A stretch of 64,000 nt of DNA from Leucoraja ocellata (GCA_036785375.1 JAWMAR010000688.1:434001-498000), one strand, 5' to 3'. Shown: positions 26,281 to 39,896, counted from the stretch's first letter. Program-made: numbers and translations. Notes: generated by a model not told the origin, from the sequence alone.

Positions 26281-26916
26281 CTTCTTTTCATTGGTTCTGA
26301 TATTTTTTTCAGATCTCTTGAGTCTAGGTGCGTATTAGATAAGGAATTGAGGTACAAAGTACAAACGTCACCAAAGGAAGTAGACATGTTAAATGGTTGG
26401 TTCAAGCCGATATCGATTTGTCAGCGAACAAGAGATGAGTCCTCATCAATGTTCTAACTTCCTGGCCTGATTGTTGTAGAGGAAATAATGGAGGGCTACT
26501 AATAAATAGGAATGTGGATTGTGCTAAGGTGGTGACAGAGAACTGCAGACAAAGCCTAACACCAGAGACATTGAATGCATCAGTGATGACACCCACATTT
26601 CAGGAACTTCAAGGATCATGTTATAGCATGCACCCATTGTTGTAACATAAAATTGGATCTACTGTCAACGGTTAGACTTGTGGATAATCATTTTATTCTG
26701 TTTGCTACCTAATTAAGTCTTTCTGTAAGCTCCATTCTGTAATCAAGACCTCATTTTATAGTTAAGCAAGGTTCTGTGTAATCTTGTCAACTGAGCTCCA
26801 TTCTGTAATCAAGACCTAGTTTTACTCATAATCAAGTTTCTGCGTATTATTGTCATCTGAGAATATTAAAACCATACCAAAGTCACACACAGGAGCTTTG
26901 GTTGGTCTCCTGGTGT

Positions 26917-29026
26917 CAGGCACGTGCCGTGAGTGATTACTCAGGGTAGGCAGTCAGTCGGCTTTAAAAAAAAATCTTAAACCGCGCATGCGCAGATTGT
27001 TCTCTCCGTAAAAATAAAAATAAAGACAGTAACAATTCAATTTGCCCAAGGCTTCCAATTCTCCTTCATTCTGAATTACTGAATGGGTGGAGGGTGAAGG
27101 GTGATGGCAGGTGGAGAGATGGTGGGGAAAACGGGAGCACACCGGGACAAGTTGAATCAGTGGTCATCTTATTAGAAACATAGAAATTAGGTGCAGGAGT
27201 AGGCCATTCGGCCCTTCGAGCCTGCACCGCCATTCAATATGATCATGGCTGATCATCCAACTCAGTATCCCGTATCTGCCTTCTCTCCATACCCTCTGAT
27301 CCCCTTAGCCACAAGGGCCACATCTGACTCCCTCTTAAATATAGCCAATGAACTGGCCTCGACTACCCTCTGCGACAGAGAGTTCCAGAGATTCACCACT
27401 CTCTGTGTGAAAAAAGTTCTTCTCATCTCGGTTTTAAAGGATTTCCCCCTTATCCTTAAGCTGTGACCCCTTGTCCTGGACTTCCCCAACATCGGGAGCA
27501 ATCTTCCTGCATCTAGTCTGTCCAACCCCATAAGAATTTTGTAAGTTTCTATAAGATCCCCTCTCAATCTCCTAAATTCTAGAGAGTATAAACCAAGTCT
27601 ATCCAGTCTTTCTTCATAAGACAGTCCTGACATCCCAGGAATCAGTCTGGTGAACCTTCTCTGCACTCCCTCTATGGCAATAATGTCCTTCCTCAGATTT
27701 GGAGACCAAAACTGTACGCAATACTCCAGGTGTGGTCTCACCAAGACCCTGTACAACTGCAGTAGAACCTCCCTGCTCCTATACTCAAATCCTTTTGCTA
27801 TGAAAGCTAACATACCATTCGCTTTCTTCACTGCCTGCTGCACCTGCATGCCTACTTTCAATGACTGGTGTACCATGACACCCAGGTCTCGCTGCATCTC
27901 CCCTTTTCCTAGTCGGCCACCATTTAGATAATAGTCTACTTTCCTGTTTTTGCCACCAAAATGGATAACCTCGCATTTATCCACATTATACTGCATCTGC
28001 CAAACATTTGCCCACTCACCCAGCCTATCCAAGTCACCTTGCAGTGACAATAATGACAATACTTGTTCAAGGGACCAATTGGGGGGAGATTTCCTTTCAC
28101 AACGTGTGGGGAGTCTGGCCAGGGGTCAAGTTGCAGGGAGGGCAGGTGTGTTGAGAAGGAGGGTGTCGGGGATCATGCGCGTAACTCACTCACTCACCGC
28201 TGCCGCAGCGCTCCGGGCGCGGAGCCGCCGCATTGTGGCCTGGGAAGGAAGCAGCTCGGGTGGCTGCCAGCGGCCGCCAGGACCAGCAGCAGGACTGGCC
28301 GCCACTTCAGCGCCTTCTGCCGGTCCGCTCACCTCTGGCAGTGCTCTCCGTCTGAACACCTCTCACCTGTCGCTCGCTGACTTCGCTCATGTCAGCCACT
28401 TCCTGCAAATCCTTAAATTCCCACAGCCGAGTAACCGCAATCGCGCTGTCGGAATTTAAGGATTTGCGGGAAGCGACTGACATGAGTGAGGCCAGGAGTG
28501 GCAGGAGAGAGGTTTTCAGACGGAGAGCACTGCCAGAGTTGAGCGGGGGCCGGCAGAAGGAGCTGAGGTGGCGGCTGGTTCCGCTATCCGGTCCCGGAGG
28601 CCGCTCGCAGCCACCCGAGCTACTTCCTCCCCCCCGGCCTCAATGCGGTGGCTCCGTGCCTGGAGCGTTGCAAGTGGGTTACTGGCATGATCCCCGATCC
28701 CCGACCCCCTCCTTCTCAACACTCCTGCTCTCCCTGCAACTTTACTGCTGGCCAGACTCCCCAAACGCTGTGAAAGGAACTGCCTTCAGCTCTGCTTGTC
28801 ATTGACTGCTTCAAGCAGCGCTGATGGCACGTGGGCTGCACAGACCTTCGCAAATTGCAAGTACTGCGGATGAAAGGCACAGAGAATTATGCCTACCTAA
28901 GAGATCGATCTCTTATATAGGCATAATTCTCCCATGCCTTTACTATTTATATTTAGTAATTACCATTTTATAATTTTAGTCGGGGTAGGCAGTGCCTACC
29001 TTGCCTGCCCTGACGGCACGTGCCTG
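26917..29026. mobile_element. Non-autonomous hAT-type element with an internal ~690-bp palindrome and a nested CR1
   Basis: Perfect 8-bp TSD CCTGGTGT (26909-26916 and 29027-29034) and perfect 14-bp TIR CAGGCACGTGCCGT / ACGGCACGTGCCTG. Confidence 0.88.
27173..28044 (-). mobile_element. Young 5'-truncated CR1-type LINE with an uninterrupted ORF2 C-terminus
   Basis: ORF 27262-28059 (LQGDLDRLGEWANVWQMQYNVDKCEVIHFG...). Nearly identical to 13512-14330. Confidence 0.93.
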
Positions 29027-30065
29027 CCTGGTGTGCACCAGTTTTAATAAATCTGTGTAGGAAGGAACATTTCGGGTCGAGACCCTTCTTCAGAGCGACC
29101 CGAAACATCACCTGTTCCTTTTCTTGAGAGATGCTGTCTGTCCCGCTGAGTTACTCCAACTTTTTGTGTTTATCTTCAGTTTAAACCAGCATCTGCAGTT
29201 CCTTCCTACACATTTTATCTGCTCCACTGCAAAATCTCCTCAAGGTATGCTTACTTTAAAGATGTTTTCCTCCTTTCTCTTGACGAGAGTTCTACAACAT
29301 CCTCTCTCGCTGCACCCCCTCTATGATTCCTCCTGCTCTCCGACACTACGACCACGTTTAGTCAGGCAGCAATTGACACTGAGCGTAAGAGACATAATAG
29401 TTAGGTCGATGACATTTTAATGACTGGGTTAATAAAAAAGGGAAATGTAGAGATTTGTACAGTTATAGAAAGGGTATTCTAGAGCTGAGAATAGATAATG
29501 GATTGCAGGTTTCTTTTTGGATCCCACTTCTGTTAATGTCCCTTCCAGACTGCTCATCAAATGTCTGTGCCGGTCCTAGTTTGGATGAGCATTGTGGATT
29601 TTATTTGGCAGCTGTGCCTTGTGCTCTTGGGCTTCAATGTCTGTATTCCCTACAAACCTTCTCTTCCTCCTCCTCTGCCTTTCCCCTTTTAAGGTAAACA
29701 TTTTTGTATAAGAAAAAAGAAAGGAGTCTTCTGTAACAACTTAAGTCATTTAACATATTTCATTTTCAGCTTAATGTCAAGTTCTATTTGAGAATATCCT
29801 TGAGCATATCTGGAAAAACTGACGGTATAAACATATACAATGAAAAGCAATATAAGCATGTTCATAAATTTAAGTTGCTGTATTCTAGTAACGCAATGAT
29901 TTTTAAACCAATTGCTAAGGAAAAACTTATGTCAGTTACTATGGAATTTAGGATGCACCGTTTTGATAACCTCCACAGCAGTAAAATATAAATTGTTCCA
30001 TCAATCAATTGTTTTATTTTTTTAGCATATAAAATATAATGAGACTGTTTTTCAATATGGTCTTG

Positions 30066-30372
30066 CACAGTGGCAGAGCTAGTAAAGCCGCTGACTCACG
30101 GTATCAGAGACCTGGTTCAACCTGTGTGGTCGGTGTAGAGTTTCTAAATTCTCTATGTGAGCACATGGATTTTGTGTGGGTGCTCTCGTTTCATCCCTCA
30201 TCTCAAAGACATGCGAGGTGGTAGGTTAATTGGCCATTGTAAATTGACTTTATTGTGTGGTGATAGGATTGAGGAAGAGATGATGAGAAAAAATGGTTTA
30301 ATGTAGGATTGTAAATGGTTGATAGTCGGTGTTGACTGAAGGACCTGTTTCTGTGCTGTATGACTGTGACTC
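30066..30372 (+). mobile_element. Decayed HE1/V-SINE-like SINE
   Basis: Diverged match to 17467-17763 (gcacagtggcagagc...agacctggttcaa...gtaggttaattggc...gaaggacctgtttctgtgctgtatgact). Confidence 0.65.
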
Positions 30373-30819
30373 TAGATACAATCTCATGTCTTTGCAACCA
30401 ACAAAATACTTTTGATGTGAAGTCACTGTTTTAAAATAGAGAAATGCCACAGTCAATTTCTGCCCATTGAGGTCCCACAAATAAATGACCTGATTATCTA
30501 TTTTAATGATAGTTGAGAGGTGAATATTGTGCAGGACATCCAGAGCTCCAGTCATTGTAGGATTTGTACAATGTGATTTTTCAAGGCCGGCCAGAGCCTT
30601 AGTGTAACCATTTGACTCTTAGTGCATCTATTTAAATGTTCAGGAATCGGAGATGTAAGATAGGGCATACTTTAACCATTAGAAAGTTGAAACCTTTGAC
30701 TATGGAATGCTCCCTCAATGATTGTGCCAGAGTTTGGATTTGGATTTTGTGACATCTCTGAAGTGGAATTTGTGTCCACAGTTTTCTAATTTGAAAGCAA
30801 GACTGCAAACATTGTTGCG

Positions 30820-31015
30820 TAAGAAAGAACTGGTTGGTTTAAATCGAAGGTAGGCACAAAATGCTGAAGTAAGTCAGCGGGACAGGCAGCATCTCTGGAG
30901 AGAAGGAATGGGTGACTTCTGAAGAAGGGTCTCGACCCGACACGTCACCCATTCTTTATCTCCAGAGATGCTGCCTGTCCCGCTGAGTTACTCCAACATT
31001 TTGTGTCCACCTGCA
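30820..31015. mobile_element. Inverted dimer of the Penelope-like terminal repeat, with a mutated hammerhead core at 30919-30946 (+)
   Basis: Palindromic arms around CTGAAGAAGGGTCTCGACCCGACACGTC (GAAA changed to GACA). Confidence 0.7.
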
Positions 31016-34000
31016 AACACTGTTGACAGTTTGGTCAAATTGTAGGAAGGACGTAAACAAAGACCCTTGAAAACTATAGGTTGGAAAAGTAGATGGATTG
31101 TGGGCAAAGCATGAATAGGGATTATTACAGACATGGAAGTAAATTGGCTTGATGATAGGAGCTGAGGTTAGAAACTCGTGCAACATGGCAAAGTTTGACC
31201 ATCTAGTTTTGCCTGGAGATGTTTTGGGCAAGAATTGGGGCAATTCTAAAGAGGGTGAGATTTATAACAGGTCTTCCCATTTTTTTTAGCTTGAGGGAAT
31301 TCTTAGTCAATGCTGAAATAATACTGCTGATATACTGATACTAATTATTAGTATTTCAAGGTGCTAAAAATATTTGTGATTTCATCATAAGGATTGATAG
31401 GATACTGCTTGATGAACAGATGAAATCTCAATGCTGTACTTGTTCAAGAAACGTTGAATGGACTATAACCTTCTCAAAGTTGCATGTGATTCTGCATTTT
31501 AACTAAAGTCATCAACCTAAAAAGTTATTTTTCTCTCCACATGTGCTGTTCAACTTGCTGGGTATTTCTTTATTATGTTTCAACTTTTCAGAATTTGTCA
31601 TTTCTATTTGGTTGAAATTTAACACATTGTCTTAACTACTGCTTGTGAATTACAATGTGCAAGCTCGATATTCTGACATCTTGTAAATTTTGGACATTTT
31701 CCATGCTACGTTTTAAAATGAATTTTGTGCGACATGTTAAAATCTTGAATTTTTGAGTGAACATCAGTGCTACTAGTGTGTGAAAGTCATGTGCCAATAT
31801 ATAAACAGATGTCCAGTTTTGAATGTATTTGTACTTGGCTGCTATCGCCGTAATATTGAAACTTGGCCATATTTCAATATGGCATACAGAATTTGACATG
31901 CTCTTGGATTGCTTTGGACAAAGGTTGGAAGCAAGAGATGGTTCTCGCTTTAGAAAAGCAAACCTGCAATGGCTCCATAATACTGAATTTATAATATTTG
32001 AAAAGTAATGCCGGAAAGCTCAAATACTGAATTTATAATTAATATTTGTAAAGCTACAGCTAGGTGCTATATCTTCACTTCTTGACTTAGAAGGAATAAT
32101 ATTGCATAAATAGTTTGAAACATTTAAGCTCTTAATGGGTATAGTTTTATAATAGATATTTTTAGCTGTGCATTTGGATCTCATGGTGTTATTTTTGGTC
32201 TTCAGTTGCTGTATTCACCAGAGGGGAAACCAGAACATGGATTTATTTTTCTATTTGAGAATGAGGATAAAGAAATGTTCATGTATTTTTCCAATTTGAA
32301 ATTCATTAATTGAGGTTGAATATTTTTTGATATTTTGTGGATGTAAATCAACAGAGCTACTGGATTTAAAAACAAAAACATCCTTTGCTGTAGTCAAAGG
32401 GTTAAAGTGAAACTGACTGTTGTAAGAATTGTTTAGTGTGCTGCGATTGATTGAAGCCTTGATGGGGGAGGATGCTCATCAGCCTTCAACCAATAAAATA
32501 TCTTCCTTAACATTCACTCTTCCCTCAATAGCCCTAATTCCCGCAGTGCGTGTTTTAGCTGTAGGTAAAAGGGTTTATAGCACCTCTGCTGTGACTGCTA
32601 CTGATGGAGGGGGCTGGGATGCTTGGTCAGAAGAGAAAGTTCATGCTGTCTGCCGTCTGGTAGGCTCCATGAGGCACATGGCACTTTGTGCAGAACTGGT
32701 GAAGTAAAACAGTCAAGAATAAAAAGAGTCATTTGAAATGCAGGACACATTTTTTGTAAAAGCCACACAAACTTGGATCGTCATTGATATGCAAATAGAG
32801 GTTTATTGATGAGAGGACTCCATGCTGCAGGAGAGAGGTGCGCCAGCCAGGCTATTTACATCCCTGGAATGTGCGGATGCTCACATTGTCAGAAGATTCT
32901 TCAGAAGGCTGTGAAATTTATCATTTGCAATGTCTACAAGCAGATTAATACAGGAGGTGAGGGGATTGCTTTAGAGGGGAAAAAATGGAATATAAATTGT
33001 GCATAGTGAGTCGTGGGTCAAAGAGGAAGATGCTGCTACTGGAGATATTCTATGTAACCGATAGATATTGCATGCTTGATAACATCACCATTAAATGCAT
33101 TTCATGTATTGAGCATTATTATTTAAAAAAAATTAAGGGCATGCATTTTATATTTTAAAAATGTTTGTTCCACTGTAGAGGAAGGTGCATCAACTTTGCA
33201 GATTAGGAACAAAATAGTTTAATCTACATAACTGGTTCATATATTTGTTAACATATTAGTTTCTGAGTTAAAGGATCTTCGATTTGAGAAATACAGTTTT
33301 TAGTTGTCAAGAGTTACATTTTTTAGGGTGTACAGTAATGGAGGACGTAGTAGCATTTCTATCACAATGCGATCTCTCTGATGTGGCAATGTTTTGAGCA
33401 GGTCGTTCTGCAAGGTCCTGATTGGTTGTTTGAGATGTAATGTTTACATTCTCTGGGCTCCAGTTATAATCCATATGATGTTTTATTTTACCCGCATCAA
33501 TAATAGGAAAGGCATGCAAATCATTTTTTAATTTCATGGGAACAAAAAGGTTAATTTAGTTAAATGCTTGGTTATCTGAGATTTCTGTCAGATGTAAGTT
33601 GTATAGTACAGTTAATATTTCACTTTTGCTGTTTATGAGCTTCCCTTTCCATTCGAAGTGCCGCAAAGCCTTTCCTGGTCAAGAAAGCAATGAGACACAC
33701 TTTTGCTGGAAGGTATTTTAACTGTTGTCAAATTGAATTGCTCAGAACTGTGCAATTGTCAGTGCAAATTTATGCCCTGTTACTCTGTTCTACTGCTTTG
33801 AATGAACTGCATGAGGATCTCATGCTTTCATTGAAATGTGCAGCCATAATAGATGCTGAAAATAAAACTCCAAGAAAGAATAAATGTAGAAATATAAACT
33901 GATGGAAACACTTAGCCCGTTGAACATCTGTTCAAAGAGAAATTGAGTTGATGTTTTAACTCCACTGATGCCGACTCAACTGCTGAGTATTTCTAGCATT

Positions 34001-34519
34001 GTTTTCCTGATATATCTATTTTCTAGCATTGCACATTTTTTCGTTTAAAGAATAAAGACAGTTTGGCCGAGTAAACTCACTTTGCTGTAAACCAAAGGAG
34101 AAATCCGCTCTCTGTAACCAATTGCATCCCCATGTAGCGAGGCACCAACTGTAAAAAAAAGAGTTTCTTCCTGTATTCAATAGCATCCGGCATTATCACA
34201 TTGTCATCTCTTGACCTGTCCAGTTGTCAGTTTGGTGACCTGACACCAAGTGCTTGATGAGTAAATATTAACTCCAGCTAAATATTGGAAAGACCAAATT
34301 ACATATTTTCTGTGAAAATCAAAAAAATGCAGATGCTGGAAATCTGAAACAAAGACACGATACAGGAAAAAGTCAGAAGGTATTCTGGGCAAAAAGATCA
34401 ATGTTTCAGGTCTGCAATTATGTCAGAACTGAGAAAGAGAGATATACAAGTTAGTTTCCATTAGGAAAGATGCAGGAGGGTTGTGTTGAACAAAGGGAAT
34501 GTTCATAACTAGAGGAGTT

Positions 34520-35298
34520 TGGTATCAAAAACAGGAAGGCAGATTACTATCTAAATGGCGTCAAGTTGGAAAAAGGGGAAGTACAACGGGATCTGGGGGT
34601 CCTTGTTCAGTCTATGAAAGTAAGCATGCAGGTACAGCAGGCAGAGAAGAAACCGAATGGCATGTTGCCCTTTATAACAAGAGGAGTCGAGTATAGGAGC
34701 AAAGAGGTCCTTCTGCAGCTGTACAGAGCCCTAGTGAGACCACACCTGGAGTATTGTGTGTAATTGTGTGTAGTTTTGGTCCCCTAATTTGTGGAAGGAC
34801 ATTCTTGCTATTGAGGGACTGCAGCGTAGTCATCCAAGGTTAATTCCCGGGATGGCGGGACTGTCATATGCTGAGAGAATGGAGTGGCTGGGCTTGTATA
34901 CACTGGAATTTAGAAGGATGAGAGAGGATCTTATTGAAACATATAAGATTATTAAGGATTTGGACACGATAGAGGCAGGAAACATGTTACCGATGTTGTG
35001 GGAGTCCTGAACCAGGGGCCACAGTTTAAGAATAAGGGGTAAGCCATTTCGAACGGAGATGAGGAAACATTTTTTGACACAGAGAGTTGTGAGTATGTGC
35101 AATTCTGGCGGTGGAGTCCGGTTCTCTGGATACTTTCAAGAGAGAGCTAGATAGGGCTCTTAAAGATAGCGGAGTCAGGGCATATGGGGAGAAGGCAGGA
35201 ACGGGATACTGATTGTGGATGATCAGTCATGATCACAATGAATGGTGGTGCTGGCTCGAAGGGCCGAAAGGCCTACTCCTGCACGTATTGTCTATTGA
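34520..35298 (+). mobile_element. CR1-type LINE 3' fragment
   Basis: ORFs 34566-34763 and 34789-35010 (LYRALVRPHLEYCV, LEFRRMREDLIETYKI) plus 3' UTR. Confidence 0.88.
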
Positions 35299-36730
35299 CT
35301 GTGATAGAGTAAGTCCAAATGGTTTAATGAGGGGAGTTATCAGCACATTAAGCAGCTTGGTCTATGTAATGTGTTGTTTGGTAATGGTAACTGGAAAATA
35401 ATCCATCATGGGTGAAGTTACTATATTCAACAGGCCAGAAAGGACGGATAATATTTGTTACAATCACAAAAGATATGACCGACATTGATAGCTTCTTTGG
35501 TATTTGGATAATTATGAAACAAGATTGGAGGAATTCCAACAAGGAAAGATACCGGTAAATTTGAACGGCAAAGGTGTGTTTGAGGAAATTGAACAAAATG
35601 GTTGGAGAACGTGGCTTTATCATGAGACCCCCCCCCCCCCCAAGACTCAAATTCAATTCTGACTATAGTTGCTGTCTGTATGGAGTTTGTAAGTTCTCCC
35701 TGTGACCGTGTGGGTTTTCTCCGGTTTTTCCCACATTCCAAAGACGTGCAGATTTTATAGGTTATTTGGCTTCTGTAAATTGTCTGTAAGATAGTGTATG
35801 GGTGATCGTTTATCGGTGTGGACTCGGTGGGTTGAAGGACCTGTTTCCACACTACCCCTAAAAACTAAAACCAAATACAATCAATTCATACTCAAGTACA
35901 ATAGATATAGCAAAGGGGAAGATACAGAATACAGAATATAGTTCTCAACATTGTAACACATCAGTACATAGACAGAGTCCAATGTTCACAATGGGGTAGA
36001 GGTGAATCGGACACAGCCCTGTCCTATTGAAGGACCATTCAGAAACCTAATAACAGAGGAGAGGAAGCTGAAAGAATTTGGTGATTGTCCAGGATATTTC
36101 AGGGGGGCTGGGGTTGTACCGACAGTGCCCAAGAGGTTTAATTGTTTAAAAAAAAAAGAATAGCATAGCGGTGAGAAAAATGTTTAATTGGTGGACCTCA
36201 GTATCAGCAACAGATGTCCAAACTCACCCATACTTATCGGTGTCATAATTAATGATCCTTGGGGTACTTGTCAAGAAATTTTATGCAGAATTGTTGAAAA
36301 TATGTGAGGCCAGCAGCAAGCAGCAGTATAGGATAACTGCAAAGTAGCACCAAATAGAGCAAAGTACCTCCCACCAAGGAGTGGGGGAGGGGGGAGGGCG
36401 GAGGAGGGGGGAGGGGGGAGGGGGGGGGGTGGTGGTGGTACACAATTAGACCCTTGGCATTGCAAGGTGCAGTTAAAGAGAGACAAGTTTGGGTGCGTTC
36501 TTTATAGACCTCTGGAAAGATAAAGATATGTTGAAATGGATATAAAAAGGTTTTGAAAAATGAGATTTTGATGTCTTAGTATAAATAGTTTGGAGATGAT
36601 TGACTAAGAATTCACAAGTGGGTCATTATAAACCAGACATTGCATTTTATGTTTTGCTTTTACTTTGTAGAATTTTAATTTATGAAGTGCTGTTTCCTCA
36701 GTACTGATGTGCCATTTTCTTGTGTTATAG

Positions 36731-36880
36731 ACATCTATTCCAAAGACTATTTTGATTCCCGTAACAATTCCAATTTCAAAGTTGAGCGTTCCCCGATTCC
36801 GCAACAGCGTTGAGGGTCTTAACCAGGAGATTGAGAGGATTATAATAAAGGAAAGTGGGGACAAAGAGGAGCAGATGATT
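36731..36880 (+). CDS. FAM117B: FAM117B internal coding exon (probably exon 5), 150 bp
   Basis: tgtgttatAG acceptor, GTaagt donor. Encodes TSIPKTILIPVTIPISKLSVPRFRNSVEGLNQEIERIIIKESGDKEEQMI, containing the family motif RNSVEGLNQEIE. Confidence 0.92.
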
Positions 36881-36949
36881 GTAAGTATTTATTCATTCAG
36901 AGCGCCCTCTGCTGTACTGCTATAATGAGAATGCATTGATATTTAAGTT

Positions 36950-37462
36950 GTTTAGTTTAGGAGTACGGCATGAAAACAGACCCGTATGTGTAGGAAAGAA
37001 CTGCAGATGCTGGTTTAAATCGAAGGTAGACACAAAATGCTGGAGTAACTCAGCGGGACAGGCAGCATCAGTCTGAAGAAGGGTTTCGACCCGAAACATC
37101 ATCCATTCCTTCTCTCCAGAGATGCTGCCTGCTCCACCGAGTTAGTCTAGCATTTTGTGTCTACCTTTGATGAAAACAGACCCATCGGCCCACCGACTCC
37201 ACGCCGACCAATGATCATCCACTTACTTAGTTCTATGCAATCCCACCTTCTCATTTGCTCCCTAAACAATTTGAAGAGGCCATTTAACCAAAAAATCCTG
37301 CACGTCTCTAAGATGTGGGTGGAAGCCAGAGCACAAGGAGGAAACCCACCTGGTGACAGGGAGAATGCAAACGCTACAAACACAGCATCCAAGGGCAGAA
37401 TTGAACTTGGTTCTCTGGCGCTGTGAGGCAGCAGTTCTACCAGCAGCGTCACAGTGCTTCCC
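36950..37462 (-). mobile_element. HE1/V-SINE-like SINE whose tail is interrupted by a hammerhead-bearing palindromic insert (36984-37169)
   Basis: SINE head at the right end (ctgtgaggcagcagttctacc...), (GTTTA)n tail at the left. The insert is flanked by the 14-bp duplication ATGAAAACAGACCC (36970-36983 and 37170-37183). Core CTGAAGAAGGGTTTCGACCCGAAACATC at 37073-37100 (+). Confidence 0.75.
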
Positions 37463-37499
37463 CTCTTACTTGTTTGCAATAAAGGTGTATTGTGCCATT

Positions 37500-38070
37500 A
37501 TAGTCATACAGCACGGAAACAAGCCCTTCAGCTCAACTTGTCAACCCGACCAAGATGCCCCATCTAAGAAAGTCCCATTTGCCTTCATTTGGCCCATATC
37601 CCTCTAAACCTTTCCTATCCATGTACCTATGCAAGTGTCTTTTACGTTGTTATTGTATTTGCTTCTCTACCTCTTCTAGCGGCTCGCTCCATATACCCAC
37701 CATTCACTGGGTCAAAAAGTTGCCCCTGGGGTTGCTATTACACAATCACCTCTCACCTTAAACCTATGGCCTATATTGCTTGATCCCCTACCCTTGTTAA
37801 AATACTTTGTATATTTCCCCTTTCAATTCCCGTCATGATTTTATACACCCGTGTAAGATTGCCCCACACCATTCTACACACCAAGTTTGCTCAATCTCTC
37901 CCCATAGCTCAGATCTTTGAGTCCTGGCCACATCCTTGTAAATCTTCTCTGCACTCTATTCAGCTTAATAGCATTCTTCCTATAGCAGTGTACTCAAAAA
38001 TGAACACCATACTCCAAATGCAGCCTCACCAACATAGTGGACAACTGTAACACAACGTCCTAACTTCTAT
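37500..38070 (-). mobile_element. Decayed CR1-type LINE 3' fragment
   Basis: gtcatacagcacggaaacaagcccttcagctc tail and ORF2-like remnants on the - strand. Confidence 0.7.
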
Positions 38071-38074
38071 AGAG

Positions 38075-39115
38075 TAGAAATAAGGAACTGCAGATGCTAG
38101 TTTACAAATAAAAAGAAGCAAAATGCTGGAGTAACTCAGTGGGTCAGGCAGCATCCCTGAAGAACATGGACATGTGATGTTTTGGGTCAGGAACATTTTT
38201 CAGACTGATTGTAAGGGAAGGGGAAGATAGAAGGGAAACAAAAGCTTGTGCACGTGACAATAAATTAAACAGAAACTGAAAGCAAGAAAAAAAAGAGGGG
38301 CTAGTCAAAGCCTGGCTGGTAATAGGTGAACAAAGCTGAGGGGGGGAGTCGGGTGGGTTGATATGCAGATGGTTGGACAAAGACCAGAGTTGAAACGAGC
38401 TGTGAAACACAAGGATTGAAGAGATGCAAATTGTGAAGTCAGAGGTGAAGCTGGAGTAGGTGGAGATGAAGGTGGAGAGTGGAAATTGGTGTGAGTCTAG
38501 GTGGGGCACAAGGAAGTGGGCAAAGATGAGGGGATGTGGGGAAAAGGGGAAGGAGGAGGAAGAGGGAAGGGTTGTGAGAGGTTACCTAAAATGAGATAAT
38601 TTAATGTTTATACCGTTGGGATATATCGGAATATGAGTTCCTCCAATTTGTGTGTGACCTCACTCTGGCAATAGATGAGGCCCAGGACAGAAACAGTCAC
38701 CAGGTCTATGCTTGCTCTCGCGGATGTACAGGAGGCCATATCAGTATTCCAGATGTAGTGGATGAGGTTAAAGGAGGCGAAGGTGAACCTCTCTCACCTG
38801 GAAGAACTGCTGGGGCCCCTGGATGGAAGTGAGAGATGGGTGTTACATCTCTTGCAGTTGCAGGGGTAAATACTTGCGGAGGGGTGGTTTTAGTGGGAAA
38901 GGATGACTGAACCAAGGAATTGCAGAGGGAGCGGTCTCTGAGGAAAGCGGAAAAAGGAGAAAATGGGAAGATGTGACTAGTGGTGGGATGATGTGTTGGA
39001 TGTGAAGTCTAGTGAGGTGACAGGTAAGGACCAGGAGAACTCTATCCTTGTTCGGTCCGGGGGGAGGTGGAGCAAGTGCAGAACTACGGGACATAGAGGA
39101 GTCTCAGGTGAGGGA
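38075..39115 (-). mobile_element. Penelope-like element (PLE) remnant: GIY-YIG region, 3' UTR and terminal repeat
   Basis: Minus-strand translations KDRVLLVLTCHLTRLHIQHII, PCNCKRCN and LLYIRESKHR (decayed YIGETKR), contiguous with the terminal repeat carrying a degenerate hammerhead (~38177-38205). Confidence 0.72.
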
Positions 39116-39896
39116 TCCCAACCTCTATACACAATACCTTGACGGATAAAGTCCAATGTATCAAAGGCCTTCTTTACCACACTATCTACCCTATTTATTG
39201 TGCCAAAACAATGTCTTGAAGCCATTTAGGAAAGTGCAGGACTTTTGTTATGTAAATTGGATCATGACAAAGGAATCTTTTCTCTTTGGCTTGGGTTTCT
39301 TTAAATATTTTAATTATCATAACTGAAACATTGAAGTTCATTCCTCATTGCTTCAGAGCGAAAGAGCCATGCTGGGAAATTTCAGATTTGTCAAGCACCA
39401 CTCTTTTCCCAGGGTGAAATAAAATCGATACTGTGTTCTTTCTTCCCATCGTTATTCTGAGGTTTGACAAGATTCTACTCAAATCATCATAACAGCATTG
39501 AACCTTTGACTTTGTTTGTGTAATTATCATATAGTTTTAAAATATTAGAAACAGTCCCATAATCATGTTATAGAATACAAAAATGACCTGCTATCTTTCA
39601 GTTCATTATATCTGTTCTTGTCGTATACATATGTGTATGTGCTCATTTTGAAAGGCATATCTCTAGATTAACGAGTTTAGAATTGATGCTGGTTAAACTC
39701 TTGATATTTAATTTAGTGTTTCTTCCCTATTTTCCAATGGTGAACTCATTCGCCATGGACAATACTTTTACATTTAAAAACTAACAACTTTCTTTCTATG
39801 ACTTACTCCATTTCTATTTCCACATTTGCTAAGATTAGAGTGGTAACCTCAAGCATTAGTTTAACTATATTAAATAGATGCATCAATAGTAATATA

